From positions 33,021,626 to 33,085,625 of the forward strand of contig CM074516.1 in NCBI GenBank assembly GCA_037379345.1: DNA of 64,000 bases. Reading direction: 5' to 3'. The position numbers and the translations under genes are program-made. The notes under the pieces were generated by a model. The model did no database searches, was not told the DNA's origin, and saw nothing but the letters and a program-made list of their open reading frames with translations. Shown here piece after piece: positions 1 to 13,782 of the stretch; the stretch's first letter is position 1, and each line of letters begins with the position of its first letter. The DNA is from Perna viridis. Its lineage: Eukaryota.

Positions 1-127
1 GGAATGAATTATCACATTTTAACTAAGCATGATTTTTAGCCATTATATTTAGCCAAGATAAATGTCATATAAAAGTTTAAGTTACATATGTAAATATTGG
101 AAAATACTAAGGTTGGTTACCAGGTAC

Positions 128-270
128 CAGTAATAGATCCAGAAATTCTGAAAAGGGGAAGGCTTACTAGCCTTTAAGGGGGCTTGCTTCAGCTAATTCC
201 AGTGATTTTCTATATAATCAAACAAAATGTTTGAGAACAGGGGACCTATGTTCCTTGGATCCTTTCTATG
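128..270. mobile_element. Degenerate short MITE (CAGnGGCGGATCC-type ends)
   Basis: Ends are cagtaatagatcca...tggatcctttctatg with G-rich internal runs. The same end type occurs at 49531-49649. Confidence 0.45.
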
Positions 271-646
271 ATTGCATTACGTTTGTGACTGTCAATATCA
301 TTTCATACCAATATCAGTCACAGCTCCTTCAGCACACAAGATGTAAGCTTACAAGGACAGTAAACAATACAATACAATGTACTATAGCTGACAAACTGAC
401 ATTGAACATCAAGCTTAGACAAGTATTAGGGAAGATTCTACCTATAATGAGAAAATCATGAATGTATTTTGAATGCATAATGAAATAAGTTGACATGGGC
501 AAATTATAATGGTACTTACCTGAGGCTAAGTGCAAAAGGGGATTTCTAAAAATGTCAGGTACATGTAATCTACATGCACCAAATATATAGATGAATGAGT
601 AACATAACAGTTACCTACATACAGGTTGGTGAACAAATTCAGATTC

Positions 647-1138
647 AAGAGATGGCAGAATTGTTACAGAGATGTAGTTGTAGTAGAAATGGCAGAATTG
701 TTATAGAGATACACTTGTACTAGAGATGGCAGAACTTTTACACAGATGCAAGAAATGGAAGAATTGTTACAGAGATGCAAGAGATGGCAGAACTGTAACT
801 GAGATGCACTTTAGTCAGAGATGGCAGAAATGTTACAGAGATGCATTTGTGTAAGAGATGGCAGCATTGTTACAGAGATGTAGTTGTGGTAGAAATGGCA
901 GAATTGTTACAGAGATGTAAGAGATGACAGAATTGTTAAAGAGATGTAGTTGTGGTAGAAATGGCAGAATTGTTACAGAGATGCAAGAGATGACAGAATT
1001 GTTACAGAGATGTAGTTGTGGTAGAAATGGCAGAATTGCTACAGAGATACACTTGTAATGGAGATGGCAGAATTTTTACAGATGCAAGAAATGGAAGAAT
1101 TGTTACAGATATGCAAGAGATGGCAGAATTGTTACAGA
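647..1138. repeat. Minisatellite with mixed 37-bp and 29-bp units (core agatggcagaattgttacagagatg)
   Basis: The core recurs at spacings of 37 (e.g. 651 to 688) or 29 (e.g. 725 to 754), about 15 units in total. Confidence 0.95.
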
Positions 1139-1538
1139 CCCATTTGGAAAATTGAATATTTCTATCTGGTTAATGATGAAGTAAACAAGGAATCTCATTG
1201 AAATAAAAAAATGTCTACAAGTACTTACCTTTGTTCCCAATACTGTATGATTTCATATAGGGGAATTATTTCAGTTATTTAAATATATTTCTCTTTCATA
1301 AGTGTGATAAAAAGATATTCTAATATAAGTGTAATTTCATGAAATAGCTTAAAAGTTTCAATTCAAACTTTGTTCTATAAGAGGGAAAGACGAAAAGCTA
1401 CCATAGAGAAAGGTTGAGGATTTTGATCTTTTATGTGGAGGTATTATACTTCATTATGTTATGATTACAACAATACACAAATCTTATTCTTAAAGAAACA
1501 GATAATAAACAAGAAAAGATGTAAAAACTTGAATTAAA

Positions 1539-1640
1539 ACATCAAAGTGTAATCCCACAAAACAGAAGTGGTATCACCACCTGACATCAAAGGAAGTGAA
1601 TACAATATTTTCCTTTGATCTTCCAATGATTGACAGGTGA
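1539..1640. promoter_or_regulatory. Candidate intronic enhancer: 3 TCF/LEF sites, PBX-MEIS decamer, ETS core, E-boxes
   Basis: ACATCAAAG 1539-1547, ACATCAAAGG 1584-1593, CCTTTGATCT 1612-1621, TGATTGACAG 1627-1636, GGAAGT 1592-1597, CACCTG 1578-1583, CAGGTG 1634-1639. Confidence 0.4.
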
Positions 1641-2995
1641 ATTAATTTCCAATTAAATCCTTGTTGACTAGGATAGCTTGTCCATTGTCCAGTGGATGTC
1701 CATACTAATTACAAATTGCACTGGGAATGACCTGTTTTACTATAAGAAAAATGCAGATAATCTGTGTTTTAGCATTGAAGATCACCAAGTCAGTTCAACA
1801 GTATAGGATGATAAAAATATACTTAACAGCCCTGACAAGTCACAGTGCTGACTTTCACTGACTTCATAGAGTTTTAAGAACAGAATTTAAAACCAAAATA
1901 CTGATTTTACACTTTTATACATGAACAAAGCATGCCAGGCATCAAATATGTACAATATGTATCTCATTTCCCAAACCCCCTATATATCAATATGTTCTTG
2001 ATTCAAAGTTCTCCTGCTTTAATTTACATTAGCTTGTTTATGACCATTCAAAAAGAGCTGACAGATCTGATATATTGTATTTTTCTGACCATACCACATT
2101 GGTAGACAAGATCACAAGAAAGGTTCTATAATCCTCAAATGAAGGTTAACCTAAGAGTTCTGTATACTTGACCCTATTTCAAGACACAGATTTTACTAAC
2201 AATATAACATGGTGGTCTCAACATATTAAATAAGAATGTACAAACAATCATAAAAACGTCTAAAACCATTAAAATCATGTAAAACAAAACCCTAAAATGT
2301 CTTCTCCCAACTATAATATTAGAGACAAGCTAATTTGTCACCACACCTCAGCAGAACCCTGTACAGCTAATTGAAGGCATTAATCAACATAAAGATATAA
2401 TGTATCCATTACTCTCATGTTCTTCTATTCTCAACTAATGGAACAACATCTATAAACTTGGTCAAATTTCTCAAAACTAAGTTCAATAAGGCTCTATTTT
2501 TATGACTGACTTTTTACCTGCCACCTGAAACCAGGTTGTACATCTAGTATAATGAAGTTAAACAACATCAGAACTTCAATGTAAATTGACAAACACCAAG
2601 TCAAGACATCAGAGAATGTCAAAATATAGTAGATGAAAACAAACCACAGAAAACCTAGGTTAAGGAGATAGACCTGGGGTAAGGGACATAACTCTTCAAA
2701 TCAGCAATGTTTGCATCATATTCAATTTCATCAAAACCTATCAAGCTTCCATTTGAAATAGAAAGAAATTAATCCAAGTTATTTTAATCCTTAGATGTGA
2801 TTGATTTAAAATGCTTCACACTAATGCTCCAATGATTTGTAAGATTTATGTCCCTTACGCTAGGTCTACCTCCTTAAATGAATGAGCAAAACTAACCCTC
2901 TCCCTACAACCAACTGCAGGCAATATGAACCAAGTGCATTGGAAAGGCAATAACCCATAATATCCCAAAACAGCAACTATGGAGCCAATGTCACA

Positions 2996-3190
2996 TACAT
3001 TGAAAGTACTATTGTTCATGGGATACCAATTTTCGTGGTTTTCGTGGATAGGCCAAACCACGAAAATTGGTTCCCAACAAAAATGAGATTCTCTTTGATC
3101 TTCATACTGAAAACCTCAAAACCACAAATTTGTGTTTCTTCCTTAATCCACGAAAATTGGTACCCACGAAATTAAAGTACTTTCACAGTA
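2996..3190 (+). mobile_element. MITE family A, copy 1 (ends TACTGTGAAAGTAC...GTACTTTCACAGTA, TA-flanked)
   Basis: About 200 bp and self-complementary (gataccaattttcgtgg / ccacgaaaattggtacc). Homologous to copies at 21964, 34870 and 62971. Confidence 0.85.
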
Positions 3191-4500
3191 TATCTTTGGA
3201 ATGAAGAAGATGACAAAGAAAGCAGACTTCAAATAATATTATACCAGGGTATACATGATATTCCCAATAGCTTAACCAGTAAGAACACATCCAGAAAAAG
3301 CAAAAAAAAAACAACATATTACATTAAGCATTGAAAAGTCTTATGATTGAATAGTGACCAATAACTCCTCTTCTTTAAGAAAAGGAAGTATGGCAAACAT
3401 GTGTAATTAAAAAAAAATACTTGTCCAAATAAATTCTTTCATAAGATGTAAGATTTTCATTATTCTTAATTTTTTTTCATGTTACACCTGCCAATGGCCT
3501 AGTAGTTCTAATAAAGATGAAATCCATACTGTCCTGTTTTTGCCATTTCTCTTAAGAAACTTTAAAACTTACAGAAACCATTTGTTTGTTATAACTGTCA
3601 TACCAGAAAAAATATATCGAAAAAACAAGAGTTTTAAATATTCAACTAAGTATACTTCATTATTAATCATTAATGTAATTTTGAAACAATTTTGTTCAAA
3701 AAGTTAGTAGAATTTGACGTTGGTTATGACTTAATGGATAGTGTAAAAAAAACTTGTGGTTCTATGACAACATCTAAATTAACATGTCTACATGTTGGTT
3801 AGCATTAATTAATTACATTTTAATGTAACGCAAAAACGCAGGTTAATTTTTCAGCAGTTGGCATAATAAACATTTAGACTTGCACAATAAATAGTTCTAC
3901 ACTTCTGCATTTGGCATTTGAACATTTGTAATGGCAAAATAAATTGCTCTCAGTTTTTGCAATAGATATAATATACATTACCAAATGAGCAAATAAATTG
4001 TACCAGTGTTGAAAATAATGGTTAATCCCTAATGCATTGGTTTTCAGTTACATTCTTCAAACGCCATTCTCTTGAAACAACTAATAGGAAGAATGAGTTG
4101 CTTACTGAATAATGCATTAACCAAGAACAAACTGTTTGTAGATTTTGAATTGTAGAGCTGAATATGAAATTCATCAGAGACATTCTTCCCAAGCCTAAAT
4201 TTTAGTGCATATGATAAAAAAGGGGGGCAATGGGAGATATGGCATGTCCTTGATACTGCCCTTGCAATAAAATGGTCAAAATCTAATGGTGGATGTTTTT
4301 CTAGTAATATACATAGATAGAATGAAGGGCCAAACTTTAAAGACAGATTTCTTTTAACAACATGTGTGGCAGAGACAGAGGATAACAATAGGAATATTTC
4401 CAATAAAAATATGAAATTTGCAAATTCTTTATCGTTACAGTGCATCCATCTGTACCATGAAAACGAATTTATTCAGGGTGTCATAGTTTACTATTCATCT

Positions 4501-4750
4501 TTCATCTACCCTGGAATTGACTCTTTATGAGCAACTCAGCAGGTGTTTCTAGAGGACAATTACCCTATTGGTGCACCTGGTGCATGCTCCCAGTTTTATT
4601 GGAGTTTGGAGTTACTCATTTACTTTGTATGTATTATTTTGGTTATTTTATGTTCTTTGTTGTGCGTGTATGTTTTCCATGCCTGGTCTTTAACCCTGGA
4701 TTACATTCTTTTGATTCCCGCTAAACTCTTGGTTCCCTTGATAACTCTTT
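4501..4750 (+). mobile_element. Interspersed repeat family B, copy 1 (SINE-like or non-LTR terminal fragment)
   Basis: Core atgagcaactc...ttacccta..ggtgcacctgg..catgctcccagttttt..tggagt..gagtt.ctcat plus a T-rich tail, shared with four other copies. Confidence 0.85.
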
Positions 4751-4774
4751 ATAACTTTGATAAATCCATAACAC

Positions 4775-5062
4775 AGTCACAGTCATTGCAAAAATTGTAG
4801 GACTGTCAGACATGACCGGTACTTTTAGCCACTGGTCCAGTAAAATTTGTGTGATTTCAGGACCAGGTGTCCAGTACGTTTTTTTTTTATTAGACACGCC
4901 TCAACTGGAACTTCCGGTTTAAAGATGGCATCAGAATCGAGGCAAATTTAAATTGGACCAGAGAAATGATATCAGTCCGGCAGATAATTGTTCGGTCCAG
5001 CAAATTTTGTTATGTTACCGGACCAAATTCTGACAGGTTGAAAAATGATTTCACCAGGTCTG
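4775..5062. mobile_element. MITE-like element with degenerate inverted arms
   Basis: ctgtcagacatgaccggtac on the left pairs loosely with gttaccggaccaaattctgacag on the right. ggtccag/ccgg motifs recur and CpGs are retained. Confidence 0.5.
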
Positions 5063-8000
5063 CAGTCAGTAATAAACCATTAATAATGTAAGCCTGCTTT
5101 ACTTTTATATCTAGGTATCTTTAGATAAGGACTGTCACACAATCACAGATCAGAACTGGGAAGACAAAAAGCCTGCGACAATATTCACCCAATAAAACAG
5201 AAAATGGGAACATTATAACCCTCAGCTTCTCCTCTCCATACAAAAAGATAAATCTCATCTGTACTAGGCTTACTTTTTACAGATGGGATTTGAAAGCAAT
5301 GGAGTTCATGGATTAGATGCTTTAATAAGCATCACTGTCAAAAGTAGAATGAAAATGTTGAAATTGAAATTACTGTCAAACATCCAAGATACACCTAACA
5401 ATATAAAAATTTAAAATTAATACAATGTTTGTTCAAGTTTAATAAAATTATGACAAATTTACCTTTCATTTTCACTTGTCATAAAATAAATGACAACAAA
5501 ATGAAATCCCCAAGCTAAGTGAAGTTGTTGATTACAAAAAAGGCTGGACAACCTTACAAGAGATATTAGAGCCCAAAAAATTCTCTTTAATTTCCTGCCT
5601 GAATTCATTGACAAAATGTTCCCACCTCCTGTCAAAACAAATAAGAAAATCGTAATTTTCTGATTAATTGGCAGAAAATATCCCCTATTCTTAGTTACAA
5701 CAGCTAAAGCCAATAGAAATACTGTTTGATTATTTAAACTGCTCATTGTAATGAGTTGGCTGAATTGTCAGGTAAAAATTAAAAATATGTCTAGATATTA
5801 GTGCTGTGTCATATTGTTTTCACCTTTCTATTTAGGTGTAGTCAGTAATTAATTTTCACCTGAGATTTCTGACAAGGTAAATACACTTAAGAAGATTTAT
5901 TGGTGAACATCTGGAAAGGTAATTTTATACCCTTAGAGTTATTTCCCTTTGAGCACATGCAAGCCTTCTTTACCAGGCCTGATTGCTTATGCAATTATGT
6001 TTCGTCTTAAAATTTTATATTTAAAAATTCTGTGGGAAAATCAACAAAAGTAACAGGCTTTATATAACTGCAAAAATTGTGGCAAAAGTTAGATGTCTAT
6101 GAAAATTGTCAAACAATCTAGTTTTTCCATTGGTTTTTAGAAAAATGTCATGAGTGGTCCATAAATAAATTTTGCACAAAATAAAGATTCATACGAATAA
6201 CAGTGTTCAAAATGCTTGGGTGCTATATCAATTCTGCAGCCATCTTTTTTCAGCAGAATTCTAATTTCTATGACAAGCATACAAAATGATGACATCATAA
6301 TGACGAGTCACAAATGAAATTTCACCCGAAGACAGCTTGTCTACTACATTCAGACAATAAAACATCATGAATTCATCAATATTCCAAGAGGCATTTTGAC
6401 AAGAAACAAAGCAAAATGAAATTTGAAAAACACATTCAGACAGCCAAAATTGATCAAGAACAAGGAACTCCTTTAAATGAAAATCCTGAAATAGCATTGC
6501 ATTAATATGATTCATTTTTACACAGCTGAAAAAAAAAATTGACAAGAGATATATTTATATATGTACAATACATTAATAACAAGCCTCAAGTTAATGACTT
6601 CTTCACTTAGAGGAAGGACATAAAATTATCTAAATATTCCACAATAGTTATCATAGATAGAAGCCAGAGACTAAAACATCTATCTTTTCCATCATAAGCC
6701 TGCTATCTTAATGATTTAATATGTTCGAGAATTTTTTCCCAATAATTTGAATCTAAAAGCTACAGATTGCACAATATTGACAAGACCTATCTGATGGCAC
6801 CGTGGGCTTAGGAAACCCATTACTGCTAATTATCTCTTCTACCAACAACATTTTACATCCATATTAAACCAAATCATAATGGAACTTCATTTTTATCTCA
6901 ACAAATGATCGGGTTAACATGAAAAAATATATCAATAGACCATTTTAAGTTCTGCGGCAATGCTTTCAACATTATCGTACAGATTGTGTTTTGTATAGAG
7001 ATGTAAATCTAACATCAATTAGAAAAGAGCAAAGAGCATATCAATTTTATAGGATTTTCATTTTTTTTTTTTTTTTTTTTTAAATATTGAAACCTTAGGA
7101 AAAAATTAATTTCACTCAAGGTACCAGTTACAACATGACATTAAATTTTACAATAAATAGCTCTGTGATGTTCTTACTAGGGGTACTTCTATTGTTCTGT
7201 AATAATCTAGAAGGGGGGTATTCAATGGAATTCTATTGGTTCAAGTAATATATAATTTTGTTGATTTGTCCTAACACTATAATTTTTTTTGTCAGTACTT
7301 TCAATATATGTATATTAATTCAAAAAAATTATTACATACATTTATTTTTGTGATTGTATATTTTTAGCTACAAGCTACTTTTCGTAATACATTAGAAAAT
7401 ACTGACAATTTTCAGCATTTGTTAAAATTTCAAGACACAATTTTCAAATACTGCAATAATAATCTTCCTGCTTTTTTAGAATAATTTCTAGTTACAATGT
7501 TTATTTTTGAAGCTGAATGACCCTCCCACCCTTTTAACCAATAAAAATTAAGTACCAGAAAATTTCCTTCAGAATGAAATTTATGTGTGTTAAGGCTAAC
7601 TAAAAATTAGTGTAATGTCAGAACATTTTACACTTCTTACACATTTAAAAAAAAATAAAAACTTTACCTGGCATACCTACCAATTTGAAATGACACAAAA
7701 AAAATTTCATTACTGAGAGATACCGGCATGATTAAACCTTGCTAAAACTATATGGATTTGGTTCCATGAATAAACACCAATATAGATTTCTTTAGATTTC
7801 ATAGACACAAGGTATTACTGGTAGTCAGTGTTATTAAGGCCTCAATGCCAATTTCTTTTTAGAATTATTTACCATTAGAGATCAACCTGTTTCAAGCGGT
7901 ACTAATTTATTTTTTCACATCTGAACCAGTAATATAAACATTATGTTGAAAATCTTCAGTCTGACAAATATACAAAAGACATCCTACAATGTATACCATT

Positions 8001-9301
8001 CCCTTAAAAATCATCACATGACCAGCAAATGATAACCTGCATCTATAGAATCTTAAGGTTTGGGATGAAGAGATTTCCTGCATACTATCCAAAGGCTTAA
8101 ACCATTTTCCTGCAGTGTAAAAATAACATATCCCCTATCAATACCAAGATCAGACAGGCATTTTCATTTCTATCCCCAAAATAAACAAACTTTTAACCAA
8201 AAATACTCAATTTACTTTCAAAACAAACATTGAATAAGAAAAAAAGTCAATTTTCCCAGACAAATATACAAAATCATACCAAAGTTTGAGACATGAGCAT
8301 TCCAATTTAATTCAAAATGATTTTTATAATTAAATCTTCTGTTTGTTTAAGAAATTCAAAGTCAATTACTCATATTTTCATAACATGAGATAACTTAGCG
8401 AGCAAACAATTTGATTTCACTTTCATCCCCTGTTTTTACTTGTCATGAAAGTTTTACGATTTTATTAAAAATCTCTTGTCCCCGTGGCTTATCCAAGTTC
8501 CCTCTTAGATCTTTTTTCTGTGATAAAGCGGAGCAATTTGTCACTACCAAACTGACGACTAAAAAAGACGATTTGATCCTCTAATCAATGATCTGTCTAA
8601 CTACCAACAAATTCAAAACCCCTCGATGAAAATATGTTATCTTATGGCCCCATATTCATCACATAAAAAATCAATCTATTTTCATTAAGAATGGTCTTTA
8701 AAGCCTGGACAAGCTGCAGAATTATGTGGTATTTGACCATTTTTCATTACATGGTAGTGTCATGCCCAAGGACAACAGCGAAGCTAATCCTATCTTTTCC
8801 TCATAAAGAACATCAAACACAGTATTTCATTAATCATTTGACATAGATATAGTATCATAATGAGAAGATAGCCACAGTATCATGTCAGTTTAAGCAGACT
8901 TAAGCCTCATATGGAAAACAAACTGAGTGCAAAGGATCTAAGTGTTGCAACGTGTCCTATGGTCGCAGCTGTCGACAAGACAAGACAAGGATTTCATGGA
9001 AATTAAGTGATTAATTCCTTTAGACAGTTCTCTTCCTTCTGGGAAAAGAAAAATGTCAAAGACCACTTGTACCTTTGCACTAGCACCTGAAATATCTAAT
9101 TCAGATTTGCCCCCACATTAACTCAACCTCAACTGAGGAGTAATTGTTACCAGAGTTTGCTATGGTTTAAAGCCTAAACACTACTAAAATTCAATTAAGA
9201 TATAATTAATTCATGTTAATCTGGTTCAAAATAGCATAATGAGAACAGGTTATAACATTACAACTTTAACTTGGTGTAAAATATCAGTGATGCTACATGT
9301 A

Positions 9302-9530
9302 AAAGAGTAATCAAGAAAACCAGCGGTAACCAAGAGAGTGCAATCCAGGGACAAACACCAGACATGGAAAACAGACAAACACAACAAAGAACATAAAGTA
9401 ACTAAAATAATACATACAAAGAAATAAAAGCAAATGAGCAACTCGGACTCCACTAAAAACTGGGAGCATGGACCAGGTGCACCAGTAGGGTAAGCTTTTC
9501 TAGAAACACCTGCCAAGTTGCTCATAAAAG
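9302..9530 (-). mobile_element. Repeat family B, copy 2
   Basis: Reverse complement of the 4501-4750 element (actgggagcatggaccaggtgcaccagtagggtaagc). Confidence 0.88.
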
Positions 9531-11912
9531 ATTGTTTCTGTCTACCATTAAGACAGTATAAGCATGCCATACACATACACACATACAGTCCTCTGAATAA
9601 ATTGTTCTACTGACAAACAAGAAAAAAATTAATCCTTTGTACCTGTTTGAGTTATGCAAGAACACATGAGAAAAGTATTTCAAAATCATTCAAAATGTGC
9701 AAAATTAATCAAAAGAAACATCTTTTTGAGTGTGGAAACTATCATATAATTTCTGATAACTGAACAGTTTAATTTCTTTTCATTTGTCTTAAAACAGTAG
9801 CTAGATTGAAGGAGGTCTTTAAACACTCTGTTCAATAAACTATCCTGATCAGTACCTATATTCCATTAGCCATTTATATCTTAAATAAACAACTTCATAA
9901 AAAAAAAACATAAAAAAACATAAAAATGCACACCACTAATTCAAATGTCTGAGTATGAAGATAAGACATGGTCCTCATGGGGCTAGCCAAAAGACTGCAT
10001 GACTGAAGAGGGCATCTAAACACGTCAGTTTGTACCATGGTATAGTTCTGATGCCCCTTCTAAAATCCTGAAACATACTTCATCAATTAAACTCTTATGA
10101 TGGTGCCAAATGTCTGACATCATATATTGACATTGGATTGATAGTGTCAAAGCATCAAAATGATAAAAATATTCAATTTCCCTCAAATGATATTTTATCA
10201 ATTCAACACATGACCACTAAATGAGATTAACAGACCATATAAGTTGGGAAATTTTGGACCATACATGCACCTGAGCCTTTGGACACACATTATCAATTAT
10301 TTTAACCATACTATCATATCATAGATATATGTCATCTCTACTTTCAGTTAATTATACTAATTCAAATATTCAGACCAAATACAACACTTGACAAAAGAAC
10401 CTCTCAATGTCCATCATGGATTAATGACTGAAGCCTAAAAACCTCAACCTAACCTCTCAATGTCCATCATAGATTAACCAAACAGTCCAAAATACCATCT
10501 ATGACACTACTTCTCAGATATGTCTGTCAACATAATTCAGACTAAGTTTGACTTTTGAACCTTTTTCCCCAATCAAAACTACTTTGGTACTGACTCTTGA
10601 ACCAATTTTCTTCAATCAAAACTAATTTGATATTGAATTTAGTGACACCTAAAGTCTTGGATCGTGCAGCATTACAAATATATATTTAATATAGATATTT
10701 ACTTTAGGTCCTCCAAAATACCACACGATTATCTGTATTGTTAAGTTTTTATCTTAGCAGGCTTATTAGTCTTTCATCTCCCTTCAAACTTCAAAGGAAA
10801 TTTAATGCAAGATTTTATTAAAATGTCAAAACAAAATAAAGTTTCACTTGACATTTTTCTAAAACTTTACATGACGATCCAGTTTTTAGATTTTGGAAGT
10901 ACCCCAATACTGCAGAAATTATAGATTTAATGTCAATTTTTGTCGAGACGTGGATTTGGAAATCATTCTGTCTTACGCTAAAATAACACTACTGATTGAT
11001 GACTCACTTTTCATTCAGAAAAAAGTAAACAAAACAAACATATTGAAAATCTTAAATCAATGATAGACTCAATCATACTGCATTGCACCTGAAGGAATTT
11101 CAGTCTACCATCATAACAGTGCAATTTATACTGGCTAGTCATATCTCTAACATACAAAACTGCCTAACCTTAGACTGAAAAGATATACTAGGTACCGGTC
11201 TATCAGTATACAAATATAGGACTAGTAATAAAATGATTGAAGCTTTACCTAGACCATAATCAACACTGTGAACAACATTTACACACAAAAAAATGGCATT
11301 CTTCAATGAAAATCCATGTTATCCTATAACTTACTACATGTATAACTACTTGTAGTACCATCAAAAACCATGTTTTGTTGAATGTAAACATACTGGTAGT
11401 TTATTACCATGGTTAAAAACCATATAATACATGAAGATGTAGCATTACCTTTTCTTAAAATACTACTTATAATATTGAAAAATCCTGTAGATATATGCAT
11501 ACCTTACCACATAGAAGCATCTAGAAGTCATTTTTTAAAATTAGGTGAAGCGGCTTAAATTTCAGGCAGAAAATACATCTGCATCCAATCAACACAATTT
11601 TTTTAGATAAAATTTGTTTAGTTTATCAGTCTGAATAGTGCTAACAGATATCACAAACATATCCCCCAAGAAAAAAAAAAGATTCGTACAAAAAGCTCTT
11701 AAAGCCCTGTCACTATCGTGACTAAATCTGTCCATCATGTTGCAATGGTGGACAAAATTACATTTTCCCTCATGTCGCAATGGTGGACAAAATTACATCG
11801 TAATTCCAAAGTTTTATAGTGATAAAGTTGTATAAGACAATACAAGTCAACTATCTTTACAATCTACATCATACAGACAGACAGAGATAAACCTAGGCAG
11901 GTCAATACTTAC

Positions 11913-11959
11913 CTATACAGGTAAAGGTATATAGCTGATGCAATACTGAAGAGGATCAC
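11913..11959 (-). CDS. TMEM135: TMEM135 exon 6; VILFSIASAIYLYLY(R), hydrophobic/transmembrane segment
   Basis: ctttctattttcag|GTGATCCTC...CTGTATAG|gtaagt. The exon is 47 nt, phase 0-2, and matches recalled human VLLFCITAAMYMFFFR. Confidence 0.92.
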
Positions 11960-13572
11960 CTGAAAATAGAAAGTTACACTCAGATATATGATTTAAAATG
12001 AAAGCCATCTTCCTATGGTCACATATGAACCAGGGAATGGAGTGATATAATTTTTAAGTCAGAAAAAAAAAACAGTGGGAGCTGAACATTGAACCATATA
12101 AATTAAACATCATTCATAAAAATCATGATTTGTCCTTCTTTATCTGAATATATTAGTTCAGTCAAAAATGTCTTATATTCCTGGCTAATAATTTTAATTC
12201 AATAACATAGCATATTCTAAAGAGAAAATTCCATAACAATTTTAATTCTACATGGCTAATACATTCTATCAACTCTCCAAATGGTTCTCATTAGCTGTGC
12301 TGCACTAATTAGCCATATCTTTGATGTTTATCAAATGTCATGTTGTACTTCATTTAATATGCACTTTGTAACAATTCAAGTTATTTTCAAAATTCAATTT
12401 TCTATGGTTCAGCTTTATACAATTTAGGTCTCTTTATTTGCTAATTTTTACCTTCTTTGAAAAGACCAAAATGAGTACCTTTCATGATTTTCATCATATG
12501 AAGCAGCCCTAATTAGAGACCCATACCACGCTGTGCAATCAGAGACAACGACAAAGAAAATGAAAACCAAAATTAGAGTCAAAGATATCCCAATTAGTTT
12601 TGAAAATAAGACAGCATGAAGAACATTAGGATGTCATAAGACAATCATATCAACTTGAAAACGTATGACAATCCTTAAAAGGTAGAAAAGAAATTCAAAA
12701 GCATTGATAATGAATCTATCGTCAATCACAGTAGCAATGAGAATATCATATCTTACTGTCAACAAATGACAGGGTTAGGCATCCTGATTACCTCCTTATT
12801 GGAGAGTAACGGAGTCAGATATCAAATGACGATCACAATAGTTTCCACTTATTTCCATTATTCTCATATTTCAACATCTCATGTAGACCTCTTTTAGCCA
12901 GTCCTTTATAATTACTACATTTTTCTTTGAGCCTTTTAAAGTATAGCTGTGGTCTTTTTCTTTCTGTTTAGGTTTCAAGCCTCAGGGGCTTATGGTGATT
13001 TTCTAATTATAATATCATCTTAAGATGTTTACATCAAAGACAAGTAAACTAAAACCTGATGAAGATAGAAATTAGATTTTGATTAAGAAAGAAAACACTG
13101 CACAGAAAAATACAGTCACAATTACTTCTCACATTACAACATCCTGAACTGCATCTATTCTAGACTTTTAAATACAGGATGATTGGTTTCATAATATGAA
13201 GTATATTCTTTCATTCCTTGCTCTCTGACAACAATTTTAAGATTTTGTGTTTTTACTCATACAGTTACTAGTTTCTTAAGACTACATCTTTGGTCTCTGT
13301 TTGTTTAATATGTAATTATGAGATCACCTTCAGGGAAAGACTTACTTCAAAGGGAAATAACTCTACACCTAATGAAGTACAAATTAGATGATAGGTGCAT
13401 TTCTCTTAAAGGTATTCTTGGAAACATGAGAGAAATTATTACAAGAATCTGGGAAACTTCATTTGATAAAAGACAAAGTTTTTATAGTAATGTATGAACA
13501 TAAAAAATACCAAACCAGAAAGACTTTCGTACCATGCTGTACCCAATCAGCAAAACCAGAGAGAAAAAAAAT

Positions 13573-13782
13573 TACTGTAAATTCAGAAAGCATCACACAC
13601 CTTTATTATTGAAGATTTGTCATTTTCATAACAAATTGCAATCTAATAACTATTTGCAAATTTAACTCTCACTATCATTTGTCTGAAATGTTCAACAATT
13701 CTGTACTACATGTTCTAACAAGTGTAACTTAATTACTATAACTTCTCTTGTTTGCCAAATAACTTTCCAATTTTACAAATAC
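13573..13782. mobile_element. Degenerate MITE family D (TACTGTAAATTCAGAAA end)
   Basis: Left end matches the 50528-50741 element. The right end is eroded. Confidence 0.5.

Noticed and set aside
4527-9582. Similar hydrophobic ORFs at 4527/4543, 9250, 22551 and 41833 as a small membrane-protein family
   Set aside because: They are translations of the T-rich family B repeat, and the frames are not conserved between copies.
1-11912. Next TMEM135 exon (expected short, phase 2 start)
   Set aside because: Donor-like sites at about 519, 1229, 5462 and 9072 do not bound a TMEM135-like peptide. The exon probably lies outside the window.
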